A model generated the notes under the pieces. The model did no database searches. It was not told the DNA's origin and saw only the letters and a list, made by a program, of their open reading frames with translations. Positions 41,590 through 54,043 of a stretch of 64,000 nucleotides of DNA are shown in pieces. The first letter of the stretch is position 1, and each line of letters begins with the position of its first letter. Where the stretch lies: positions 61,194,001 to 61,258,000 of the forward strand of contig NC_043005.1 in assembly GCF_006345805.1 (NCBI RefSeq), read 5' to 3'. The DNA comes from Octopus sinensis. Taxonomy: Eukaryota. The translations under genes were made by a program, and so were the position numbers.

Positions 41590-42020
41590 GTACATGTTAT
41601 GTCCGCAAGAGAGGTAAGCTTTGTTCATTGTGCAACAACATGAGTCAAGTGAATTCCATCAGAAATCATAACAGATTTATAACATCATGCCCTGTAGGAA
41701 TGAATAAAATGACAGGAGAATATCATCAAATTTATACAAATCTCTTTGATTGAATATTCTTCTTGTTTTCCTTTTGTTTTTTCTTTCCTCTTTCTTTCTT
41801 AATTTTTTCTGTCTTTTTCTTTTCACCTGTTATAAAATTGTAACTGATGCTGTCATTCCATCAACGTGTGGACGCTGGTTGCTCTTGTTCATACTTTAAA
41901 TTAAATTTCTATCAATTTGAATTTTTATCGCCTCTTATTTTGAACTCGACAAAGACAAGCTTACTGTCGAAATATCGTTCAACCTATAAAATATCTGTTA
42001 CAATCGAATCGCACTCGTAA
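41590..42020 (+). mobile_element. Second, internally deleted copy of the same Penelope-like element, inverted
   Basis: 41670-42020 aligns with the reverse complement of 39961-40310 (roughly 75-80% by eye); 41640-41675 matches 40560-40590. Confidence 0.8.
41940..41982 (+). ncRNA. Minimal type I hammerhead-like motif, UC-core variant (second copy)
   Basis: UUGAAC-UCGACAAA-GACA-AGCUUAC-UGUC-GAA-AUAU-C-GUUCAA. Confidence 0.5.
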
Positions 42021-42120
42021 CCTTGACTAATAATAATAATAATAATAATAATAATATAATAATAATAATAATAATTATAATAACAACAACAACAATAATA
42101 AATATTAATAACTAACGTGT

Positions 42121-42690
42121 AAATAAACGGTAGATAACGTGAAAATACGCAGGGATATATTCCTAGGAAGCTCCCTCTCTACGTTACTCTACCTCATTGC
42201 TTTCATCTCACTGAAAAGATACTGAGAAAAATCCAGCCTGCCTATGTGCTTATCAAAATCAAAATCAGAATAAATCATCTATTCAACACGATTGATGTCA
42301 AGTTATATGCACAAAATGAGACAGACGTGAATTCTCTAATCGAAACAATGAGAGTATTCAGTAAAGATACTGGAATGCAGCTTGAGGTAGATAAGTGTGC
42401 AATCCCAATTATGAAGACAGACCGGACGATAAAGTCTGATAGCATAGAATTACCATAAGAGAACGTCATCCGATCGCTGTTTAATAATAAGGGGTATATA
42501 TATACGTCGGAATGCTGCAAAACTATCAGATAATGGAAAGAGAAATGAGAGATAAAGTAACTAAAGAGTACAAAAGGAGAATCTGAAGGGTGCTCGAAGC
42601 AAAATTAAATTGGAGGGAACACCATTAAAGCCATAAATACATGAAAAATGGCAGTATTGAGATACTCTCCAGCCTTTTTGGAATGGCCAA
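42121..42690 (+). mobile_element. R4/Dong-like LINE RT fragment
   Basis: RDIFLGSSLSTLL..INHLFNTIDVKLYAQNE..SLIETMRVFSKDTGMQLEVDKC (degenerate RGIFQGDSLSPLL / INHLLYMDDLKLY). Confidence 0.85.
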
Positions 42691-42691
42691 A

Positions 42692-42730
<39 letters not shown>

Positions 42731-42738
42731 GAGTAGTC

Positions 42739-42792
<54 letters not shown>
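42692..42792. repeat. (TAG)n microsatellite
   Basis: Directly visible. Confidence 0.95.
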
Positions 42793-42793
<1 letters not shown>

Positions 42794-42999
42794 AGACATA
42801 TAAAAGTATTAAACAAAGACAGACATACAATTCAGCGAACAGGAGAACGAACATACAATATTCATTCACAAATGATGAAAATAAAAAGATGTCACACCTA
42901 TGCAGCATTATATTAATATTGAAAATGTGTTAAATGTCAAACTTAGGCCATTGCTGTCAATAGATTAGCTCCGTCAGTTATAGGTCATAATTATATTAT

Positions 43000-43830
43000 T
43001 CTGAAATGTATGCAAAGTGAATTACGACGAAAATCTTTGAGAACAAGAAAACTTATTTAGAAAACATCTCCAAAAATTCAATTGAAAATAATTATTCATA
43101 TCTAAAAGAAGGACGTAGGCGTGGAATATACTTAGAAATGTATTAAAATATTACTTGTGGGGAATACGAAAACACCATAGAAAAATATATCTACAAAATA
43201 TACTAAATAAATGAATGCAAATTGAACAAAGCGTAAAGCAATTTGGTCAATTTTATGAAGCAAACTTATATTAATAGAACATGATGTAACAGCTCTTCGA
43301 CGGATAGAGATAAGATAATAAAGTTGTAAGAAAAGCTAACTTAAAACTAGAAGTGGAAGATGGTATGTAAAGTGCCTGTCTCGTCAAAACGCAAACATAA
43401 ATGAAATACAAAAGTTGAACAGTTAAATCATATTTCTCGCTTCAAAACCTAAGAGATTTTAAGCGTAGCACAAGACTACAACGCATCATCAGAGACTACA
43501 AACAAATTATATTTAAACATAATTCAAGAACTAAATGCAGAATACGAGTCTGTTGCGTTTGTGAAGAAACCTGCTTTCTCTGGTTGCTAAGGATTATTTA
43601 TGGACAGCGGAGCATGTAAACATATGAGAGTGTTGGGGATTTCCTACGCTAGAAACAATATGCACTGAAACAAAGTAGTTTAAATATAGAACGTTATAAA
43701 AAGCAAACTAGTGCAATACAATACCTGGAAGAGTTTGTACTCACCTAACAACAACAATAAAAAAACACACACCTCAGCACAAGGAAGTGTAGCAGGTGAT
43801 GCAGCAGAAATTTTCCTGAAATTATTCAAA
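43000..43830 (+). mobile_element. Very decayed RLE-type (R4-like) LINE C-terminal fragment
   Basis: ILSVAQD..TKCRI..CEET..SGC echoes the AAQDQ / CCHC region of neighbouring copies. Confidence 0.3.
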
Positions 43831-43989
43831 TGTCGAATAATAATAATCCTTTTTTTATAGGCACAAGGCCTGCAATATTGTAGGGGAGGAGGTAATTTGA
43901 ACTCAGAACATAAAGCCGGAACAAATGCTACTAAGCCTGTTGTCCGGCATGGTCATGATCCTGTTACCTCATTGCTGGTAATAGATTAT

Positions 43990-45087
43990 TATCATCATTA
44001 CTGTTTTACTTCTCATAGCGTTTGATCTTGTTTGCTTTGGCAGATTCTGCGAGAGCGGACAGAGGTCTCGCAGGGTCTCTTTCCACACATTATAAGCCTT
44101 GATACTCGGCTGTTCATTGTCGTCAGAAACATTCAACATCCAAGTAACAATCTCAAAATCGTAGCTGCCCCCAGCAGCGCAGTTTTTTGGAGCTTGCTCT
44201 GCTCTCATGTCAATTCCGATTCCTTTGACGTATTTCTCGGACTTGGGTTTTTATTGCTCCGAGTGCCCTCGCACCACCACAACTACTGATATGACAGACA
44301 CTCTCCTCATAGTCCACATTCTCGCAATTTCGTCTTTTAGTAGTTTGTACTTTACAATTTTTTCTAGTTCTTTGTCACTTATGCGTGCATCTCCAGTCAA
44401 TTGCAATATCTATGACCTTGGTTTCCTTGTTTCCTTTATCTACCACCGTAATACCTCGCCTCCGAGCCTCGATTAGGGAGTCACAATGGATTGTAAAATC
44501 CAGAAGCATCCTATATTCTCAGTGACTCCTTCTGGTTCATGTTTGTACCATTCCTGTGCTCTGTTTAAGCCGTACTTTTCACATAACCTCCAGCGGAGGA
44601 ACTTAATTACGTTATCGCGCCTCCTTTTGTAGTGCTTTTGGGCCAGCTTGCTACACTCAAAATATGTGACATTGTTTCGTTTCTGTTCCCAAGCATCCTA
44701 CAAAGGGGCGATTCGCTACTCTTATCTATTTGGAACTTGGTGTAATTTGTTCTCAGAGCTTGTTCCTAGATGCTGCATATCAATGCCTCAGTGCATCCTT
44801 TCAGATCACATTTTCTTAGCCATCCATCTCCAAATGTTCATTTGTCTTTTCCCTCGATTTCTCTGAGGTATTGACCATGCATTGGTTTCATTTTCCAGCT
44901 GTTTACTCTGACGTGCTCTCTTTGTATTTCCTTCTTGTCCTTTTCTCCTATTTCGCGCTTTATCACCTGTTGTTTATTAATTGTCTATAATTGTTTGTCT
45001 AAGCTACTCTGTAAATATTCTACTAGACTTTTTCTTTCCATCTGCACACATTCTTCTACTGCAATTGAGCCGCTTCCACCCACGTCT
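43990..45087 (-). mobile_element. R4/Dong-like LINE 3' end with CCHC knuckle and restriction-like endonuclease
   Basis: ECSKLAQKHYKRRRDNV..WYKHEPEGVTEN..RRGITVVDKGNKETKVIDIAI..GALGAI..KYVKGIGIDM..KTALLGAATIL, followed by 3' UTR. Confidence 0.85.
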
Positions 45088-45111
45088 CTATGATTATTAT
45101 TATTATTATTA

Positions 45112-45143
<32 letters not shown>

Positions 45144-45203
45144 GTTGTTGTTGTTGGTGGTGGTGGTGTTGTTGTTGTTGTTGTTGTTGTTGTTGTCGTC
45201 GTC

Positions 45204-45254
<51 letters not shown>

Positions 45255-45278
45255 AATGTTATTGTTGTTATTAAGTAT
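45088..45278. repeat. (TAT)n/(TGT)n compound microsatellite
   Basis: Directly visible. Confidence 0.95.
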
Positions 45279-45424
45279 TAAGGAGATGAGCAGGCTGAAT
45301 CATTAGCAGGCAGGGCGAAATGCTGAGCGGCAGTCCGTCTGTCTTTACGATCTGAGCTTAAAGTGCACCAAAGTTGAATTTGCTAGTCAGTTGTTTGACT
45401 GTAACCAGTTGAACATGCCCTTTA

Positions 45425-46740
45425 GTGGTTGAAGATATGTGCATATCTTATCACGAGCAGAAGTATTGGCAGAGCCTTCTCCCCCAAGATTCAAGCCTAG
45501 TTGCTCTATCAAGTCCATGCTTGTTGCAAAGTGTCCAATGGACAAGCCTAACTATATTGTCGTGGCAGCTCTTATATTCCTTCTGGGCTAGTAGCGTACA
45601 TTGGCTGCAATACGGATTCACCGTTTTTTCCACAGATTCTTCACTTATCACTTTCTGCAGTGTTGTCTATTCTGTTTTTATGTAGTTTGTTCTTAGTGCT
45701 TGCACTTGAGCAGCATAGATTACAGCCTTCTTTTCCGGTTTTAAATCACTTTTAGTCATCCACAGTCATCTTTTTCTCTGTCTGTCTTATCTTCAACATC
45801 CCTGTGTAATTGACCATGCATTCTTTTCTTTACCCACCTGTTTTCAGTTTCATTCATTTTCAATTTCTTGTATAGTGAGTGCTTTATCTTTGCAATCTTT
45901 TATCCTACATAAGCCTGACCTTCTTACTTCTAATAATTTTTTACATACCATGCTGTGTTGTTTTCTTCTGCTCATATGCTGTGTTCGCATCCAATAAGTC
46001 CTGTTCCCCTTCTTTTTCTTGGTACACACAGTCTGTCTGTATCACTTTTTGGGTGGAGTGACCCACATCTAGTTGGCAACTTCCTTGTCTTTCTGTATAG
46101 TTCGTCTTCTGCCCATGCGATTACCCCTGCTCCATATCTAAGGAGTGAAACCGCCCAGGTGTTGACAGCTTCGAGCTTATTCCGTCCATTTAATTTCGAC
46201 TTTAGGATCAGTCTCAGTTGCGCAAGTACTCCACCTTAAATTTTTCTGTCATTTCTTTCTCTATCAATTTACCCATTTCCAAAATCCCCAAGTACTTATA
46301 GCTCGTCTCTTCAATCTGCTTCATAACGTCTCCCGACAGCATCGTTAGCCCGTTCATACATTTGATTTTGCCTCTCTTCAAGACTAACACACCACACTTT
46401 TCGAACTTCATTCCGATATCAGCACTGAAGGTTACACACCGTATCAACGAGGGAACTGACTTGGGCTTCATCTTTTCTATAAAGTTTTATGTCATCCATG
46501 AATAACAAATGGTTGACTTTTTGAAAACATACCCAGCTTTTGCTTTCCTCAGAATCAGTATTCGTGGTATCAAGCACAGTACAAATATCAGTGAGGTCAG
46601 GCAGTCCCCTTGGAAGATGCCCCTCCTAACGTCTACTGCCCCTAAGCTTCTCCCGTATGCTATCAGGCCCGTTCTCCAATTCGCCATAATTTTTCCAAGC
46701 AATCGATCGCTCAACATTCGATGCAATACCAAAGAGTTAC
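45425..46740 (-). mobile_element. R4/Dong-like LINE RT-to-CCHC fragment
   Basis: VRRGIFQGDCLTSLIFVLCLIP..FSADIGMKFEKC..YKYLGILE..KSKLNGRNKLEAVNTWAV..AQKEYKSCHDN with stops and frameshifts. Confidence 0.92.
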
Positions 46741-47279
46741 ATTTATTATTATTATTATTGTTGTTGTTGTTGTTGTTGTTGTTACTTTTTTACTATCAAA
46801 ACTGAAATTATCCAGCTTGTAGCATGGAAATGTCAATTTTGACAGGAGTCAAAAATATAGAAAACTGAAATGTAAAATAGTTAACCTGCTCGAGGTTTGA
46901 GATTCTCACACGAAGAAATAAAAAGGTTGACAAGGCCGTCATCCTGGCAGATATCATGGGACCTGTGAGGACCTTGACTAAGAATTTCAGTGGTCCTTGA
47001 AAGCTGGATATAAATGCGGAAGTGAATGCAGTAAAAAGAAAAAGAAATAATTACTTGGATCAGCAAAAGTTTCTAGATAAATTTTACTGATCCAAGAAAT
47101 TATTATCTGTAAGAAGATATATAAAGCACGGAAGAAGCTTACCGAAAGGAAATGAGTGAATCTTAGCCTAGACTAGATATGAAGCGATACTGAGATTACA
47201 TGAACGATTAAATCATAACACCCACGTACTTATATTCTATATAGTATTATAAATAATTATAACAAAAATACATCTTATT

Positions 47280-47460
47280 ATAGGCATATTATCTGAAGGT
47301 TTGGAGGAGATGTAATTTAATAATATTGACATCATTTCTGAACTAGGACTTATCGACTTTATCGACACCAAATATGGGAGACAAGCTCGAAACCGGCTGA
47401 TTTTGAACTTAGAACGTGAAGAGAGACGAATACTGCTAACGATTCTGCAAGCTCCTCGCC
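47280..47460 (-). mobile_element. SINE family A, diverged
   Basis: TAGGCA..GAAGGTTTG..TTTATCGAC..TTGAACTTAGAACG..GCTAACGATTCTGC..CTCGCCTTA. Confidence 0.65.
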
Positions 47461-49059
47461 TTAATTATAGCAATAACTACTAATAAAATTGTTTTTCATT
47501 GTCATAAACACTCCATATACAGAATATGACACGTTTCATGTAAGACGCGTATTTGTCAATACAATAAACTAGTTAAAATGTTAACACACAAAATCTAATA
47601 AGGACAACCACACCATAAAGTGTTTGAGAAACCGTTACTTATGTAGAAACAGCACATCAGCTACAGGTTTTGCTATCCATTCTGATCGCTCTCAGTAACT
47701 GAGTCTTTTAAATTGCCTGTATGTTATGCATCTTGGGGTTTGAGTAAACAACGGAGACACCCCAACATTTAGGTGGAGACTAGTTGCTTGTGTTATGTAT
47801 GAATTTGAAATATGATTTTGTTCTTCGAATATATTATTTTTTATGCTTGACGTCATCTGATTCCATCACGAGAATAATATTAATGTTGTTCATTCAGAGT
47901 ATTCGGCTATTACACAGTCCTCTCTATTGCTAATTCGGGCTACTATAGCTTGTCCTTTTGTGAGGTGCATGTCCTTTTGTGAGGCTATTCCAACATCTTA
48001 AAATATCTTAACTCATTTTTGCTTTGTGACTCCTTCCCACTTACGTTCTTCCAAAAAAGTTTCCCCTTTCCCCTGTTTCTATCTCCGTTTACGGGCTGGA
48101 AGACAATGAAGCGATACTACTTTATAACCTTTGTCTTCTTGTCTTTTTTCTCCAAGGAGAAGATTGCTCGATTTTCTAATTTCGCATTCTGTCTTCTCTT
48201 CCTACCGGTAATACCAAGTTGAAGCAATTTGACTGGTCTTTACATCCTCTGTGGCTATAAGTGGAGCAAGGAAGCACTATTTTTTTGTCAGGATACATCA
48301 ACTAAACATTATATTGTGGATCAATTTGCGAGTCACAACGATTACAAACAAGAATTGATTTTTCTTGCTAGTGACATTGAACATACTGTTTCATCATTTA
48401 TATTGCTTTTGTCATTAAAGCTGTTTTCCACATGAGGTGTATTTTCTGTTTGTGAACTAGTTGTAAGTATTCAATGCTTCAAACGAATTGAGTTTTATTC
48501 TCATATTGTCTGAAAGTTTTTGTTCTAGATTATTTGTTATTTTTTGTTTTGTTTTAGTCAGAGGAACTGCTTCTACAACTAATGTAGTACCACTTTCAAC
48601 TTCTTCTAAGGTACTCAACTTTATACGGGAGTAAATATTGCGCGTAGTTGATGGTAGAATGATAGTCATTTAAATAAAAAATATTAGGACAAAACTTTAT
48701 CTACCCTATCATACTAGGGCAGACGTACTGAGGTCCAAGCAAACATCTCAGATATAATTAACAACGTCTGGAGTAAAACCTTTGGGACTCTTATAAGGAT
48801 TTTAAAATTTTTATGATGTGTATTTCCAGAAAATAGCTGAAGAACATAGTATGGTACAAAGATCTAGAGCCTCCTTCTCCACCTACAAAAAACACCACGT
48901 TATTGGACACGCAGTCTAATTTAGCAATTTCTCGAGTTCGAGAAAGTACAGTAATTTCTTGCTGAACAACCTGGAGAGACATGTTTAGAGTGAATAGATG
49001 CTTGCTTTGTGCATTTGCCCACTCCTTCCATCAAATCGACATTACTCATACACGTGCAT

Positions 49060-49210
49060 GGTTTGTCGTACGTCAGATACCGAAGTGACGCGGAGCAACG
49101 TGATATGAAGCGTTCTGCTCAAGAACACGCCACCCGGTCGAAGAATCGAGCATCACGATCTCACGATCGTGAGGGCAACACTCCTGACTGCTAGCTCAGG
49201 CGCCCTCACC
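49060..49210 (-). mobile_element. SINE family C fragment
   Basis: GGAGCAACGTGATATGAAG..TGCTCAAGAACAC..GAATCGA..TCACGATCGTGAG. Confidence 0.7.
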
Positions 49211-50285
49211 GATTTACAAATATAACACATGAAACAACAATCAGTTCTTACAACAAACCGAAACCTGTTGCAATACCCTTTGCTATATTGCAAAAGACAC
49301 ACCGACACACCTACACACTTCACAGGAACACAAAGGCATTCATATCATCGGAAAACAGTGATACCGATTTTGAAACTGTAGAAGCTTGCATAGACACATT
49401 TAAAAATAGGAATGTAATAAATGTTTCTATTTTGAGGCAAAAGTCCATAAATTTTGAGTGGATGGCAGAGTCGATTACATCAATCCCAGTTGGTAGGTAT
49501 TTGGTAACTCTTGTTTCTTATCAATACTGCTCACCACCCTCAGACTATGATTTCAGACAGAGCCAAAAGACCGCGTATTATGTAAGAAGTTGTGGCTTAA
49601 CATTTCGTTTCTGAGACTTCACAGGCTACTTATTTAATCGACCTCGGAATGGGAACGTCAAAATGTGAAGCAAACGAAATTGTACATATCTTGACGTGTT
49701 ATCCATGCTTAAATTTTCTGCTATACTAATGATGAAGACGATAATGATGATGGTGTTGACGATTATGATAATGATAATAATGATGATGGTGTGGTGGTGA
49801 CAATGGTGGTGATGGTAGTTGTGTTATTTGTGGTGGTGTGGTGTTGGCGTTGATGATCAAGATAAAGTGGAGGAAGTGGTAAAATTAAATCAGCAAGTTT
49901 TTGTACATATAAAATTCCCTTTCATGTTGCTGTAAATCTTCGAAGCTGTATTCATACCAAATAATCTCTCCCTAAATGTTGTATTTCCTGTACTTATCAT
50001 GCAACCCCAGTCTTAATTATTCAACTAATTAAATATTGAAGAAGTAGTAGTATTAGACTGATCCAAGTTCATTTCGTTCCAATCTATTTTGGCTTGTATT
50101 GCAATGTATGGCACATTATGTATTGAAACATAATTGTTTTGTAGTCACAACTGAAAGTCGATAGACGAATATATAACGAGGCTATATATCATAATTAATC
50201 ATTAATCATCTCTAGAATTCCCAAGCTGTTTTTATTAACGAAAGAAAAAATATGTAGCACACATTGACTGTTTACTCTCTCTCTC

Positions 50286-50340
<55 letters not shown>

Positions 50341-52135
50341 ACTTCAGGCTATTCAGACTAGTGTTATCTATGATATAAGGATTCTAAGTGAAATAACAGG
50401 AAATCTTCCTGTTCGTTCGCATGAACCCAGGTTATCGCAAGCACATATTCCATCAGTTTGAGTTCTAATCTAAAACAGCTGAACTGAAGATTTCTATCCC
50501 CAAATATGAAAATCATACAACTGGAGGGCTATTTTTGAGTAGCCCAGTACGCTATCTATTTAGCTACATTGCTTTTTAAATTACATCAATACTTTCTGGA
50601 GAAAATAATTCGATGTTTAAAGAAAACTGTTTCTTCTGTAAAAGTTGTTGATTAGATCTACTATCACCATTTATTCCTCTCTGAATTTTATAAAAGTATT
50701 TGGGAATAGTCGAAAATATTCCTCTTCTCATAAATATTCTCATGAATTTAATATTTGTTTTTAATTATACATTTGCTATATAGAATATTTTTTTTAGTCA
50801 TTGATAACTGAATGTATAAGGAACAGCTGCAGTTTTTACTAGTTTTATTAGAAACACGTTAAATGTTGCACAGTATTGAAATTTAAGTCGTGAAGCTCTA
50901 CAAATTCGTTTTTGAATTTTTTCAGCTTTCCAAGTGTTTCGGTTTTCAATGTGAATGTAATATCCTCCTGTGAATCTATTTCGCCATTAGAATTTCAAAT
51001 ACTGCTTTTATTTATTATCATTTCGTGCTACATTTTACATCGAACGGTCTTTGGATGGTATCAATACCATATCCGTTTTCCTTTGAGAATTTTTCAGGAA
51101 AAAAAATGCTTTAAGTGCTTTCCCATAACATGACTTTAATTGAATGAACGATATTAAAGGAATGTGAGTGTATACTACTCTTCCTGACAGAAATTTGATA
51201 CAATACATATTTTTACCCATAAATTATAAGGAAAAATTCGTTTCTAGTAATTCATTCAGCATTCCGTAAAATCCCAGTCTTCCTTCCTGAAGTTATATCT
51301 ACAAAATTAATACATGTACTTGAGTATATGTAGTGATATATGTAAGGAATTTAACCATATAAAAAGAAACTCTATGTGTCACAAAATATCTCGTTCTACC
51401 TTTCCGTGAGTATTAACACAAAATACATCTTGAATAGAATCTTCCAGCGTTACCTTGCGGATATCAATATAGAATTATCAATGTAATTTGCGAATTGCCA
51501 CAGTCGTTCGAGCATTAAGGCAGGAAGGCTGCCATCCTTTGTTCGAACTCTCTGTGCATTGTTTTCTCGGCCCAACTAGGTTAACTTTATCTATCCATTT
51601 TTTGGGACCGATAAGGAGTACCAATCTTGGGTGTGATGTTGATAGAACTATCAGAGTCAAGTAGTATACTCTGATGCACCTATTCTTGTAACTTACTAAC
51701 TAGCAGCAAAACCTACGATAAAACTGGCGGCAAACTATATTGGTCCAAGTCGGTGGAGTTTCCTTTGGATATGCATTGGTGTTACTGAGGGAGAAAACTT
51801 CTGTGATGGGCCGCTATAGGTCTTCTTAAAAATTATGCCCCGAAACATAAGGTCATGATCATTTTAAATCTGTCTTTTATTCCCGATGTAAAAGACTTCC
51901 AAACAATTCTGCTCACATTGCCATCAATGGCACTCAGAATCGCCTGCAGAATTTCGTTCCTCACGCACTCCATAGACATGAATATATTTGACCGTTTACT
52001 ACCCAACAACAGAAGTGTCCAGATGATAGAGTCCAATGAACGCCTGATAAGATTCCAAATACCAAAGAACTGAATGCTGGGCTTGGTATTTTCGTGTGTC
52101 AGAAAATCTGCGTAAAAAACTTTCTCATTACCATC

Positions 52136-52166
<31 letters not shown>

Positions 52167-52175
52167 ATATATATA

Positions 52176-52215
<40 letters not shown>

Positions 52216-52774
52216 ATTACTCGTACATACATGAATAGATAAATATATATATTCATGTGTTTTTGTATGTGTGCGCGTGTTTTCGTGCATGTACGCGTGT
52301 GTATGCATGTGTGTATGTGTGTGTTATGTGTGTGTATGTGTGTTACGGAACACCTAAAAGTGATGAATATAGTTAACGTATATTGAAGAATAGAATCCAA
52401 TAGTGAACTGCCCTATTTATCGATCTCTGACATATCAAAGGCGTTCTCGACCTCAAGGACTGCCATTATATATTCTGTCCAGCACTTTGACCATTCCGCC
52501 AGCTTGTCGTTTTTTCATTGTCAACAACGTTACTGTTTAAGAATAATAGATTTGTACTCTACAAAATTATAGAGTAACCCATCAGAATAATCTAAAATTG
52601 TGTTTTATCATCACTGAACATAAAAGCAAATGTTAACATAAATAGCTGTGTTCCGATGTGAGTATATTCGTAACATTAACAGAAAACCGGGAGGGAAAAT
52701 TGCAGTAACATCTAATACGCTTCTCCGTGAAAAACATACCGATATCTACCAAATACATTACCTAAAAATACCTA

Positions 52775-53192
52775 CCTATTTCTTTACTAGCCACAAAGGG
52801 CTAAATACCGAGGAGACAAACAAGGACAGACAGATGGATTAAGTTGATTATATCGACCCCAGTGCGTAACTGGCACTTATTTAATCGACCCCGAAAGGAT
52901 GAAAGGCAAAGTAGACCTCGGCGGAATTTGAATCAGAACGTAGCGGCAGACGTAATACCTATTTCTTTACTACCCACAAGGGGCTAAACACAGAGAGAAC
53001 AAACAAGGAGAGACAAACGGATTAAAACCATTACATCGACATCAGTGCGTAACTGGTACTTATTTAATCGACCCCGAAAGGATAAAAGGCAAAGTCGACC
53101 TCGGCGGAATTTAAACTGAGAACGTAACGGCAGGCGAAATACCGCTAAGCATTTCACCCGGCGTTCTAACGTTTCTACCAGTTTGCCGCCTT
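52775..53192 (-). mobile_element. Dimeric SINE family A insertion
   Basis: Two body+tail units joined at CAGACGTAATAC|CTATTTC (52958/52959); 14-bp TSD CCTAAAAATACCTA at 52761-52774 and 53193-53206. Confidence 0.9.
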
Positions 53193-54043
53193 CCTAAAAA
53201 TACCTATCCTCTCAAACCCGTACACCCAAAGATGATTTTTAACTCATCAGAGGCTACATAAAGGCGAGACTATCTCTAATGTCTAATTGCAGTGCGACAA
53301 GAGTTTCGCTGCCGAAATTTCTAAGTCACTGTCAAAAGCATTCTTGTCAAAATCATATTTGTCTATGATATTTTCCATATATCATACTAATAGCAGCTTA
53401 CATCTCCCTACATGAATATTTCTATCAAGTTAAAGCTAATCTTAGCAATTCTTCCCATGAGTTATGTCATCGCATAATAATAATGTAAGCCATTGAAACA
53501 AAATAATTGCAATATTCCTTTACATTAAATTCTCAGATATTTTTAAATTGATAAATAATTAGTGAAAGAAGAAAAGAAGTCGTGGACAGAAATGAAAAAT
53601 CTATCCATTTAATATGATAAATTGCATTTTAAATATTTGATTAACTATATTTAGATTAGTTAGCAGCATTTATGACATTCTAACCTTGCAGCTGCTCTCT
53701 ACAATATAGTAATGAATTATGCATATTAGTGGAGATATATCGACGGTTAGGGTACACTGTGATATACATAATTTTAGATATGATTGATAAAAATGAAAGG
53801 AAGATAATTGATGATACAACGGAATGTTCTTTTCTCGTTGTTGTAAATAAGTTCACTTACAAAAGAATATATACAGATTGATTTAGTATTACCATGAATA
53901 TTTTATTCACTGCTACCAATAAATACCGTGCCACACATATCTTCGTAGATTTCCATACATTTTCTTCCTCGTTATATTCAGATTTTTCACTAAGACGAAT
54001 TTATTTTCATAATTTTCAGAAATATTTAGAAATTATGACAAAA

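Noticed and set aside
51490-52090. Possible L1/Tx1 3' fragment
   Set aside because: Raised GC and faint WCY*G / KLCP similarity only; too degraded to support a call.
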